From Elusimicrobiota bacterium (GTDB lineage: Bacteria; Elusimicrobiota; Elusimicrobia; Elusimicrobiales; UBA9959): DNA of 52,106 nucleotides. This document shows, piece by piece, positions 27,484-36,279 of the stretch (positions are counted from its first letter, which is position 1; each line of letters starts with the position of its first letter). A program made the position numbers and the translations under genes. The notes beneath the pieces were generated by a model. That model was not told the DNA's origin. It saw nothing but the letters and a program-made list of their open reading frames with translations, and did no database searches. The stretch spans positions 1 through 52,106 of the forward strand of contig JBAXKK010000005.1 in assembly GCA_037137395.1 (NCBI GenBank), read 5' to 3'.

Positions 27484-29508
27484 TCACTTAAAGCTGTAGG
27501 GGTCGGCGGTTATCTTGAATTTTACGGTTTTGGGGGCTTTGAGGGGGCGCAAGCGGCCAAGGCACCAGGCCAGGGCTTTTTCGTCGGCCAGTTTTATCAG
27601 ATAGTATTCCCTTACCACCTTCGTCTTCTTCGGGTCGTTAAAAGTCATCGGACCCAGTATCTCCGCAGTCGGAGCGTCCGCCTCATCACCGGCGGGAGCA
27701 TCCAGCGCCGCCAGCACTACCTCCGAAAAATCCGTCATCGCCTTTAAGTCAAAAGAGGCGAAACTTATCCTCACCAGCTCGGAAAAGGGGGGGTAGAAAA
27801 AATCCTTGCGCGCCGTCAGCTCATTTTTTGCGAACTTCAGATAATCCAGCTCCGGCAGGACGGAAAAGATATAATGGCTCGGCTGGCGCGTCTGAACGAT
27901 AAACTCCGGGTCCGGCGCCTGCGTCTCAAACAGCGCCGAACCAGCCTCGAGCAAAGTCTGAAATATCTTTTCCGAAGCCCGAAAATCGGCCGCGGAAAGC
28001 CCAGCGTCGCTGTCCACCACGCCGATGACGCTCAGATTAGAGAAATCATGGCCGCGCGCAAGCAGCCGCGTCCCGACTAACACATCTATCTCACCCTTCT
28101 TAAATTCCTCATAAACCGCCCGCGCGTCTTTCACCGACTTCTTCAGCACATCCCCGTCAAAACGCGCGACCCGTGCCCCCGGTAAAAGCTTCTTAAGATA
28201 GGCCTCCACCTTCTGCGTGCCCGCGCCGTTCTCACGAAACACCTTGCCGGCGCATGTGGGACAAGCCTCGGGCATCGGTTCCTGTCTGCCGCAGCGCCAG
28301 CAGACGAACCGACTGATATCGCCTTCCTTCTTGGTGCCCATAGGGATGCGGCAGCGGCCGCAGCGCTTTATCCAGCCGCAGTTGGCGCAGACGGCCAGGG
28401 ACGCGTAACCTTTTCTGCCGGCCAGCACCAGCGCCTGCCTTTTTCCATTGACTGCATTTTTAATCTTATCGCCGAGCGGACCGGAAATCATCTCCCAGCG
28501 GCGCGACTCCATGTCAATAATGGTAACCTTCGGACGGTTGAGAGTCGGGCGCGGAAGATCGGTCCAGGTAAAGCGCCCGGCCTCTACTCCGGCATAGGCC
28601 TCCATAGACGGCGCCGCGCTGGCCAAGATCACGCAGGTTCCGTGATAAGGAGCGCGCTTCAGCACCAGGTCGCGGGCGTGAAAATTCGGCTCCTGCTCCT
28701 CCGCCTTATAGATATCATCCTGCTCCTCGTCGATGAGGGCCAGTGAAAGCTGCTTAAAAGGCAGGAAAGCTGCCGAGCGCGCGCCTACCACCACCCTTAC
28801 CGCTCCGGTCCGCACGCCATGCCAGGCTTCACGGCGCTGTTTGGGGGTAAGGCGGCTATGCCAGAGGGCCAGGGCTTCGGGTTTAAATATCGTGCGCAGG
28901 CGCTCTTCAAAAGGGGCTATCAGGTTCAGATCAGGCACCAGACAGAGGGCCTGGCCTCCTCCGGAAACGGCTTTTCTGACCAGTTCGAGATATATATCGT
29001 AGCGCCCATTTTGCGGCGGACCGACGAGTAAATGAGCGGCGCAGGTTTTGTCAGACACGCCCACGAAGCCGGAAAGTTTAGCGGCTATATCTATCAGCGA
29101 AGCGCTTAAAAGCGGGGGCTGCACATCCGTCAGAAAGGCGCCGGGCCGGGCACCTTGTGACGCGGTGGCCGGGGGAAAAGCTTCGGCCATAAACTGCCCG
29201 AAAAAATTCTCTACGGCCAATCCTATCGGGGCATTCCAGCGATCCTGCATCCAGGAAGCTATCGCGGGGATATCGTCCTTAAAAACCGGCGCGCTGTCCA
29301 AAAGCGTCTCCGTGCTTTTTATCGCTTTAAAGCCGGACAGGTCGACGGCGGAATCCTCGTGCAGCCCGATGATCATGCCGACAATCTTTCTGGGGCCGAA
29401 CGAAGCTAAAACGCGAGCGCCCGGCCGCGTGGCACCGAGCATTTCTTCTTTAACGCGGTAATAGAAAGTCCGTCTGAGCGGAACAGGGAAGGCTATTTCT
29501 GCGATCAT
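27484..29508 (-). CDS. priA: Primosomal protein N' (PriA) with degenerate ATPase motifs
   Basis: N-terminal 3'-DNA-binding region, GARSAAFLPF, DEEQD, four CxxC pairs, GHDF, YPPF; downstream of gmk/rpoZ. Confidence 0.9.
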   Translation of the reverse strand: MIAEIAFPVPLRRTFYYRVKEEMLGATRPGARVLASFGPRKIVGMIIGLHEDSAVDLSGFKAIKSTETLLDSAPVFKDDIPAIASWMQDRWNAPIGLAVENFFGQFMAEAFPPATASQGARPGAFLTDVQPPLLSASLIDIAAKLSGFVGVSDKTCAAHLLVGPPQNGRYDIYLELVRKAVSGGGQALCLVPDLNLIAPFEERLRTIFKPEALALWHSRLTPKQRREAWHGVRTGAVRVVVGARSAAFLPFKQLSLALIDEEQDDIYKAEEQEPNFHARDLVLKRAPYHGTCVILASAAPSMEAYAGVEAGRFTWTDLPRPTLNRPKVTIIDMESRRWEMISGPLGDKIKNAVNGKRQALVLAGRKGYASLAVCANCGWIKRCGRCRIPMGTKKEGDISRFVCWRCGRQEPMPEACPTCAGKVFRENGAGTQKVEAYLKKLLPGARVARFDGDVLKKSVKDARAVYEEFKKGEIDVLVGTRLLARGHDFSNLSVIGVVDSDAGLSAADFRASEKIFQTLLEAGSALFETQAPDPEFIVQTRQPSHYIFSVLPELDYLKFAKNELTARKDFFYPPFSELVRISFASFDLKAMTDFSEVVLAALDAPAGDEADAPTAEILGPMTFNDPKKTKVVREYYLIKLADEKALAWCLGRLRPLKAPKTVKFKITADPYSFK

Positions 29509-29512
29509 AAGA

Positions 29513-29579
29513 TCAGGGTATAGGGGTCAGGGTTTAGGGTTTGATATTTATAGGGCCGGTTGCTTCCACCCTCTACCCT
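29513..29579. repeat. Degenerate 7-bp tandem array with inverted partner
   Basis: tcagggt-atagggg-tcagggt-ttagggt ... ccaccct-ctaccct. Confidence 0.6.
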
Positions 29580-30403
29580 TTTACTTCTTTCTCAAGAAAT
29601 AGTTTAAGCATCTTCATATCTTCCCAGGTGTCGCGCTTCAGATTGGAATTACGGAGAAGCGCCGCGGGATGGTAAGTGGGCAGGACCTTAATGGGATGTC
29701 CGGGGCCGAAAAGCTCAACGGGATAATCGTACCATTTGCCGCGCACGAAACTTATGCCCTGGGTTACTCCCAGCAGGACCTTGGTGGCCACGGAGCCCAG
29801 CGTCACTATGCATCTGGGCTTTATCAGCATCAGCTGGCGGTCAAGATAAGGCCGACAGGCGGAAATCTCTTCAGGCGTAGGGGGGCGGTCGTTGCCGTGG
29901 GCTTCCGGGTTCTCCGGATTTATCATGGGATGACACTTGACAATATTGGCTATGTAGACATCTTCACGCTTCAAGCCCAGCACCGTCTCCAGAATCTTGT
30001 CCAACAGCTGGCCGGAACGGCCTACAAAAGGCTCGCCCTTGTGATCTTCCTGAAAGCCGGGGCCCTCGCCAACAAACACCACTTTGGCGCGCGGATTGCC
30101 CACGCCGACCACGGCGTTTATGCGGGAATTGCCAAGCTGGCACTTGCGGCATTTCCCTATCTCCGCCGCCAGAGTGTCCATTTCGCCCGGCTCGCGGGCG
30201 GTAACCGGTATCCGGTGTACGGTATCCGGTACGGAAACTGTCTTGCTGCCTCGCTTTCCGGCCATCTTGCTGTCTTGCTGTCCTGCTGTCGTACTGTCTT
30301 GCTGTCGTACTGTCTTGCTTGTCACGGACATATAGGTATCCTCGTCCAGGGTCTTAACATAGGCGGCCAGATCTCCGGCCAGGGCTTTAAATTCTTTTCT
30401 CAT
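29573..30403 (-). CDS. Uracil-DNA glycosylase, family 4 (Fe-S)
   Basis: CRKCQL, GEGPG..ED..GEPFVG, NIVKC and TYHPAALLR motifs. Confidence 0.93.
   Translation of the reverse strand: MRKEFKALAGDLAAYVKTLDEDTYMSVTSKTVRQQDSTTAGQQDSKMAGKRGSKTVSVPDTVHRIPVTAREPGEMDTLAAEIGKCRKCQLGNSRINAVVGVGNPRAKVVFVGEGPGFQEDHKGEPFVGRSGQLLDKILETVLGLKREDVYIANIVKCHPMINPENPEAHGNDRPPTPEEISACRPYLDRQLMLIKPRCIVTLGSVATKVLLGVTQGISFVRGKWYDYPVELFGPGHPIKVLPTYHPAALLRNSNLKRDTWEDMKMLKLFLEKEVKG
30199..30317. repeat. In-gene tandem arrays: five 7-bp units (CGGTATC-like) and ten 8-bp units (CTGTCTTG-like)
   Basis: 7-mers at 30199-30233 and 8-mers at 30238-30317, inside the udg N-terminal linker. Confidence 0.85.
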
Positions 30404-30441
30404 ATCAAACCACTCGCGGCTCAGGCCGGGCGTAAAATTCT

Positions 30442-30474
30442 AAACAAAAGCCCGTCCGCTTAAAGCGGACGGGC
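30442..30474 (-). terminator. Rho-independent terminator after the rpoZ candidate
   Basis: GCCCGTCCGCT/AGCGGACGGGC stem followed by TTTTGTTT on the minus strand. Confidence 0.75.
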
Positions 30475-30489
30475 CCTGAAAGTTCGGAA

Positions 30490-30840
30490 CTATTCCTTCT
30501 CGGCCTTAATTTTCTTCTCTTTTTTTTCCTTCTTCGGCTCGTCGTCATTTTTGCCGGCTTTCTTTTCGGCTGACGCTTTATCTTCGGTCTTCGCGGGGGC
30601 GACGGGACCGGAACCGATGGCCTTCAGGATCTGCTCGGAGGTGACCTGGCCGCTTATAACTTCAAGCATAGCCTTCTCTATCATCTCAGCCATAGGCAGC
30701 TGGCGGTATTGCTCCTGGCCTCTCAAGTGCCGGGCCCATTCCATAGCCCACACGATATCCTGGTACTTGGTGGGGCCGTAGTCGGAAATAAGTTTATCCA
30801 GCAGTTCGCTTTCGCGCATTTTGATTTCAGCAGTGGTCAT
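30490..30840 (-). CDS. rpoZ: Probable divergent RNA polymerase omega subunit
   Basis: Immediately downstream of gmk; DKL..KY..I..A..WARHL..AMLEV.SG resembles omega; Lys/Glu-rich tail; SD GGAGG. Confidence 0.6.
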   Translation of the reverse strand: MTTAEIKMRESELLDKLISDYGPTKYQDIVWAMEWARHLRGQEQYRQLPMAEMIEKAMLEVISGQVTSEQILKAIGSGPVAPAKTEDKASAEKKAGKNDDEPKKEKKEKKIKAEKE

Positions 30841-30907
30841 ATAAAACCTCCGTTAACATTTCAACACTTTCGAATATACCGCACAGGGGACGGTATCCAT
30901 CAAACGG

Positions 30908-31534
30908 TCAAAGTCTGAATTTTAAAAGTTCAAGGCCGAACCGCTGTATCTCCGCCTGTTTGCGGGATATCTTCATGCATTCTATATCGGCTATATCCCG
31001 GATATCCCCGACCGCTTCGGCCAGCTTATCGTTAATAACCAGATAGTCAAAAAAAGAGGCTTCCTTTATTTCTCTTTTCGCGGTCTCAAGTCTCACCCGG
31101 ATATTCGCCGCCGGTTCGCGCCTTTTCCGCAAGCGGCCCACCAGCGTCTCAAGTCCGGGAGGCAGCAGAAACACCGTCACTGTCTCCGGAAATATCTTTT
31201 TTACCGACCTGGCGCCCTTAACGTCTATGGTCATAACCGGAATGAGGCCCTTTTTAAGGAGCGTCATCACCGATTTGACCGGCGTGCCGTACATATTGCC
31301 GTGAACGCTGGCCCATTCCAGAAGTTTTCCGCCGGCGCGCAGGCGCCTGAACTCTTTAAGCGTCACGAAATAATAATCTTTGCCGTCCACTTCGCCCGGG
31401 CGCATGGGCCGGGTAGTGCAAGTAATACTGAAGCGGAACCGCTTATCCCGCTTCAGCAGCTTTTCGCGAATGGTGGTCTTTCCGCCCCCGGAGGGGGCGG
31501 AAATCACCATCGGGAAATATGCGTAAGTAGCCAC
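30908..31534 (-). CDS. gmk: Guanylate kinase
   Basis: SAPSGGGKTT, TTRPMRPGEVDGKDYYF, YGT and IDVKG motifs. Confidence 0.96.
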   Translation of the reverse strand: MATYAYFPMVISAPSGGGKTTIREKLLKRDKRFRFSITCTTRPMRPGEVDGKDYYFVTLKEFRRLRAGGKLLEWASVHGNMYGTPVKSVMTLLKKGLIPVMTIDVKGARSVKKIFPETVTVFLLPPGLETLVGRLRKRREPAANIRVRLETAKREIKEASFFDYLVINDKLAEAVGDIRDIADIECMKISRKQAEIQRFGLELLKFRL

Positions 31535-31537
31535 CGT

Positions 31538-34324
31538 TTACTTCTTTCTCGGATGCCTGATCTGGGACTGCGCCGCCGAGAGTATGGCTATCGGCACGCG
31601 GAACGGAGAGCATGACACGTAGGTCAGGCCCACCTTGTGGCAGAACGCGACCGATGCCGGTTCGCCGCCCTGTTCGCCGCAGATGCCGATCTTAAGGTCT
31701 TTGCGGGTCTTGCGACCGCGCTCAACGGTGATCTTTATCAGCTCACCAACTCCGTCCTGATCTATGGTCTGGAAGGGGTCCACGGGGATGATCCCTTTCT
31801 TCACGTAGTCATTCAGAAACGGTCCCGAATCGTCGCGGGAATAACCGAAGGTCATCTGGGTGAGGTCGTTGGTACCGAAGGAGAAGAATTCCATGGTCTC
31901 GGCGAGCTTGCCGGCTAGGAGACAGGCGCGGGGTATCTCTATCATAGTGCCTACCATGTACTTCACCTTCACGCCTTTCTGCTTCATAACTTCCGCGTAC
32001 ACGCGATGTATGATCTCGGACTGATTCTTCACTTCGTTCTCGAGCGAAACTACGGGTATCATGATATCCGGGAACACCTTCACGCCCTCTTTCTGGAGTT
32101 CGGCCGCGGCTTCGAATATCGCGCGGGCCTGCATTTCAGTGATCTCCGGATAGGTGACTCCCAGGCGCACTCCGCGGTGTCCCATCATGGGATTGGATTC
32201 GCGCAGCGCGGTGGCGCGGCGTTCAAGTTCTTCGTATGAGATGCCCAGGGCCTTGCCCAGTTCTTCCAGTTTCTCCTTCTGGTGCGGCACGAACTCGTGC
32301 AGGGGCGGATCCATCAGGCGCACGGTCACGTGGAAGCCTTCCATCACTTTGAAGGTGGCTTTCAGGTCATTTTTCATGAAGGGGAACAGGTCGTTGAGCG
32401 CGGCCTTGCGCTCTTCAAGGGTGTTCGACATGATCATCTTGCGCAGTTGGAACAGCGCCGCGTCGGAGCCTTTGCCGTAGAACATATGCTCGATGCGGAA
32501 CAGGCCGATGCCCTCGGCGCCGTAAGTGCGGGCCTGGGCGGAATCGGAGGGGGTGTCGGCGTTGGTCCACACTTTCAGCGCGCGGACGGAATTACAGAAC
32601 TTCAGGAAGTCCTGGAGCATCGCCATGGTGATTTCGCTGGGTTCAACCAACGGCATCTTGCCGGTGTATATGAAGCCTCGAGAACCGTTGAGGGAGATCC
32701 AGGCGCCCTCATTTAGCACCGCGCCGCCAAGTGTAAGAGTCTTGGCTTTCAGGTCAATCTTCACGTCGGCGCAGCCCACCACGCAGCATTTGCCCCAGCC
32801 GCGGGCCACGAGGGCCGCATGGGAGGTCATGCCGCCGCGAGCGGTAAGGATGGCTTCCGCCGCCCTCATACCTTCGACGTCTTCGGGGTTGGTCTCTTCG
32901 CGCACCAGGATGACATTCTTGCCTTCCTTCTTCCATTTAACAGCCTCTTCGGCCGTAAAAACTATCATGCCGACGGCGCCGCCGGGGCCGGCGGGAAGGC
33001 CTTTGCCCAGGGGCTTGGTGGCAAGCTCTATCTTCGGGTCGAGGATGGGGTGCAGCAGCTCGTCGAGCTGGTCGGGGGTGACACGCATTATCGCTTCTTC
33101 TTTGGTAGCGAGTTTTTCTTTCTGCATGTCGAGGGCCATGCGCACGGCGGCCAGGCCGTTGCGTTTGCCGACGCGGCACTGCAGCATGTACAACTTGCCT
33201 TTCTCAATGGTGAACTCAATGTCAAGCATGTCGTGATAATGTTTCTCGAGCTTGGCGCGTATGGCGGCCAGCTCTTTGTAGGCCGCGGGCATGAGCTGCT
33301 CTAGGGATTTAAGGTCTCTGGACTGCTCGTTGCGGCTGGATTCGTTGATGGGGTGGGGGGTGCGTATACCGGCCACCACGTCCTCTCCCTGCGCGTTCTC
33401 AAGGAACTCGCCGAAGAAAGCGTTCTCGCCGGTGCCGGGGTTGCGGGTGAAACCCACTCCGGTGGACGATTCGTCGCCCATATTGCCGAACACCATGGCC
33501 TGCACGTTGACGGCCGTACCCCACTCGGCGGGGATATTCTCGATGCGGCGGTATGAGATGGCGCGCTTGCCCATCCAGGAGGCGAACACGGCTCCGATGG
33601 ATCCCCACAGTTGGTCCATGTGATTATCCGGGAATTCTTTGCCTATAACTTCTTTCACTTTGGCTTTGAACTGCGCTGACAGCTCTTTCAGATTGTCGGC
33701 GGTGAGATCGGTGTCGGACTTGGCGCCCTTTCTGGTCTTCATGTCGTGCATGATGCGTTCAAGCTGCTTGCGGATGCCTTTATCGTCTACGGGCTCTATG
33801 CCGGCGGCTTTTTCCATAACCACATCGGAATACATAATGATCAGGCGGCGGTATGAATCGTATACGACGCGCGGGTTATTAGTGAGCTTTATCAGCCCGG
33901 GGATCGTGCTCTCGGTTAGACCGCAGTTAAGAATGGTCTCCATCATGCCGGGCATGGAGCTGCGGGCGCCGGAGCGCACGGAGACGAGCAGGGGGTTTAC
34001 CGGGTCGCCGAATTTCTTGCCGGTGAGGGCTTCAACCTTGGCAAGATTCTGCGCCACGATCTCTTTTAAATTCTTGGGATAGGTCCTTTTATTGGCCCAG
34101 TAGTAGGTGCAGACCTCGGTGGTTAGCGTGAAACCGGGGGGGACCGGCAGCTTCAGGTCCGGGTGGCCGGCCATCTCGGCGAGGTTGGCGCCTTTGCCGC
34201 CGAGCAAATTTTTCATTGATGCTTTACCTTCGGCTTTACCGCCGCCGAAGAAATACACCATCTTGGGCATTTTTACGGATTTAACGGCTTTTTTTGCTTT
34301 TTTCATAGTGGCCGACTTGGGCAT
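31538..34324 (-). CDS. ppdK: Pyruvate, phosphate dikinase
   Basis: LLGGKGANLAEM, SVRSG, GGMTSHAA (phospho-His), SFGTNDLTQ and ICGE motifs; start placed at ATG 34324 with AGGAG SD. Confidence 0.97.
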   Translation of the reverse strand: MPKSATMKKAKKAVKSVKMPKMVYFFGGGKAEGKASMKNLLGGKGANLAEMAGHPDLKLPVPPGFTLTTEVCTYYWANKRTYPKNLKEIVAQNLAKVEALTGKKFGDPVNPLLVSVRSGARSSMPGMMETILNCGLTESTIPGLIKLTNNPRVVYDSYRRLIIMYSDVVMEKAAGIEPVDDKGIRKQLERIMHDMKTRKGAKSDTDLTADNLKELSAQFKAKVKEVIGKEFPDNHMDQLWGSIGAVFASWMGKRAISYRRIENIPAEWGTAVNVQAMVFGNMGDESSTGVGFTRNPGTGENAFFGEFLENAQGEDVVAGIRTPHPINESSRNEQSRDLKSLEQLMPAAYKELAAIRAKLEKHYHDMLDIEFTIEKGKLYMLQCRVGKRNGLAAVRMALDMQKEKLATKEEAIMRVTPDQLDELLHPILDPKIELATKPLGKGLPAGPGGAVGMIVFTAEEAVKWKKEGKNVILVREETNPEDVEGMRAAEAILTARGGMTSHAALVARGWGKCCVVGCADVKIDLKAKTLTLGGAVLNEGAWISLNGSRGFIYTGKMPLVEPSEITMAMLQDFLKFCNSVRALKVWTNADTPSDSAQARTYGAEGIGLFRIEHMFYGKGSDAALFQLRKMIMSNTLEERKAALNDLFPFMKNDLKATFKVMEGFHVTVRLMDPPLHEFVPHQKEKLEELGKALGISYEELERRATALRESNPMMGHRGVRLGVTYPEITEMQARAIFEAAAELQKEGVKVFPDIMIPVVSLENEVKNQSEIIHRVYAEVMKQKGVKVKYMVGTMIEIPRACLLAGKLAETMEFFSFGTNDLTQMTFGYSRDDSGPFLNDYVKKGIIPVDPFQTIDQDGVGELIKITVERGRKTRKDLKIGICGEQGGEPASVAFCHKVGLTYVSCSPFRVPIAILSAAQSQIRHPRKK

Positions 34325-34565
34325 AGTAGTGTTGCTCCTGGATAGTGAAATGGCCCCGTTTAAGGGCCAAGGCCTGATTAGGTAAGACCTTATATACATA
34401 ATACTAAATAGAGGGCTACTAGGCAATCTTCGAATTGAATCAGGCAGGCTATCACCGAAGTGTGTTATTGATATCCGTCTTTTTATATATAATTGCTTAG
34501 GTGTAATGGCCGGACTTCCATCCCGCCGCGCCCTGTTATGGCGAGCACACATTCACGGAGGCGGC

Positions 34566-36269
34566 ATGTTTAAAGCACACAATATTCCTCTCGCGGCACT
34601 GATTTCGGGTCTGGCCCTGTCGCCGGCTGTTTTCGCGGCAGATATAAAAACTGACGCGGTAATGAACGCTCTGACCAGGGAACTGGACAGGTCGTTCACC
34701 GGATTCAGGAACGCGGAAAAAGTGCCCTTGTACTACCTTTCCTACGAGGTTACCGAGTCCAGGACATATTACCTGGGCTCAAAGATGGGCGCCATCAACA
34801 GTGATTCCGACTACGCCAATCGCCAGCTGGACATCAACCTGCGCGTCAACACCCCCGAGCTGGACGACACGCACCAGGTTAAAGGGGATTATTCATGGAC
34901 CAATCAGACCCAGACCCTTAACCTGCCGCTGACTGTGGAAGATAACGAGGACGCGCTCAGGGCCCGCATCTGGGAGTACACCGATAAAGCCTACAAGAAA
35001 GCTCAGGAGAATTTCACCAAGGTCAGGATGAATAAAGCCGTGACCGCGGCGGAGGACGATCCTTCGCCCGATTTCTCGGCGTCAAAGCCGGAGGTGTTCT
35101 ATGAAACGATCACCCTGCCTGAAATGTATAAAAAGCTCTGGCGGGGAAGACTGGACAAACTCTCAGCCAAATTCGCGGGCTATTCTTTCATCTACGATTC
35201 AAGCGTACATCTGACCGCCGAGACAGAAACCCGGTATATCGTAAACAGCGAAGGCACCCGCATAAAAACCGGCAACAATTATATAACACTGTCCTTCAGC
35301 CTGGCCTCGCGCACCACGGACGGGATGGACATCTCACGCGGCGAGCAGTACAACGGCGCATCATACGCCGAACTTCCTTCCGATGAAAAAGTGAGCGCCG
35401 ACATCGACCGATCAATCGCCGAGCTCCGGACCCTGAAAGACGCACCCATCGTCGAGCCATATCACGGCCCCGCCATATTGAAAGCGCGCGCTGCCGCTGT
35501 CTATTTTCACGAAATTATCGGCCACCGGCTGGAAGGGCACCGCCAGAAAATTGAGGATGAGGGCCAGACCTTCGCGAAGAAGCTTAATCAGAAGGTGACT
35601 TCGGATATCATCACGGTTTACGACGATCCGAATCTGAAAGATTTCCGCGGGCGCTCGCTCCGTGGCTATTACAAATTTGACGACGAAGGAGTCCGGGCCG
35701 CCCGCGCCCCGCTGATAGAGAGCGGCGTGCTCAAAGGCTTTCTGATGAGCCGTTCGCCCATACGCGACTTCCCCGCGTCCAACGGTCACGGCCGGCACTC
35801 CACCGGGCGCCCCGTGGTTTCGCGAATGGCCAACACCATGGTGGAAGCCTCAAAAACCGTCAGCTATGCAGAACTTCGCAAACAATTGATCGGGGAATGT
35901 AAAAAGCAAAACAAGCCTTTCGGCCTGGTCTTTGAGGATATAGAGGGCGGCTTCACCAATACCGGCCGCGGCGGGGCGCAGTCATTTAAAGTCCTGCCCC
36001 TCCTGGTCTACCGCGTCTACGCCGACGGCCGACCGGACGAAGTGGTCCGGGGGGTGGATATCGTGGGCACGCCCATAGCCAGCCTAAGCAAAATTACGGC
36101 CGCGGCGGACGACCCCGGTATTTTCAACGGCACCTGCGGCGCCGAATCCGGCTGGGTTCCTGTCTCCTCCGTTTCTCCAAGCCTCCTGCTTACCGAAATG
36201 GAAGTGGAAAAATCACAGAAATCGCAGGAAAAACCGCCGGTCCTGCTGCCGCCCCTGCACGATAAATAA
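34566..36269 (+). CDS. TldD-like metalloprotease (U62) with signal peptide
   Basis: HEIIGHRLE, FDDEGV, SNGHGR, SRMANT and GTCG motifs; ATG 34566 with GGAGG SD. Confidence 0.85.
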   Translation: MFKAHNIPLAALISGLALSPAVFAADIKTDAVMNALTRELDRSFTGFRNAEKVPLYYLSYEVTESRTYYLGSKMGAINSDSDYANRQLDINLRVNTPELDDTHQVKGDYSWTNQTQTLNLPLTVEDNEDALRARIWEYTDKAYKKAQENFTKVRMNKAVTAAEDDPSPDFSASKPEVFYETITLPEMYKKLWRGRLDKLSAKFAGYSFIYDSSVHLTAETETRYIVNSEGTRIKTGNNYITLSFSLASRTTDGMDISRGEQYNGASYAELPSDEKVSADIDRSIAELRTLKDAPIVEPYHGPAILKARAAAVYFHEIIGHRLEGHRQKIEDEGQTFAKKLNQKVTSDIITVYDDPNLKDFRGRSLRGYYKFDDEGVRAARAPLIESGVLKGFLMSRSPIRDFPASNGHGRHSTGRPVVSRMANTMVEASKTVSYAELRKQLIGECKKQNKPFGLVFEDIEGGFTNTGRGGAQSFKVLPLLVYRVYADGRPDEVVRGVDIVGTPIASLSKITAAADDPGIFNGTCGAESGWVPVSSVSPSLLLTEMEVEKSQKSQEKPPVLLPPLHDK

Positions 36270-36279
36270 GGATCATAAT

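Noticed and set aside
30199..30317. CRISPR array
   Set aside because: 7-8-bp contiguous units without spacers; no cas genes in the window
31637..34385. Many long antisense ORFs over ppdK (similar ones over ftsW, murE, udg and ptrB)
   Set aside because: Shadow frames expected from strong GC3 codon bias; no motifs
34351..34390. Fourth copy of the tandem GGCC-box motif upstream of ppdK
   Set aside because: GGGCC-N2-GGCCT spacing and lack of the 24-bp period do not match
34325..34552. N-terminal extension of ppdK in the ORF track (1004 aa)
   Set aside because: Runs through the divergent promoter region; SD AGGAG supports ATG 34324
34506..34565. Longer start for the TldD-like gene
   Set aside because: GGAGG SD and the signal peptide fit ATG 34566
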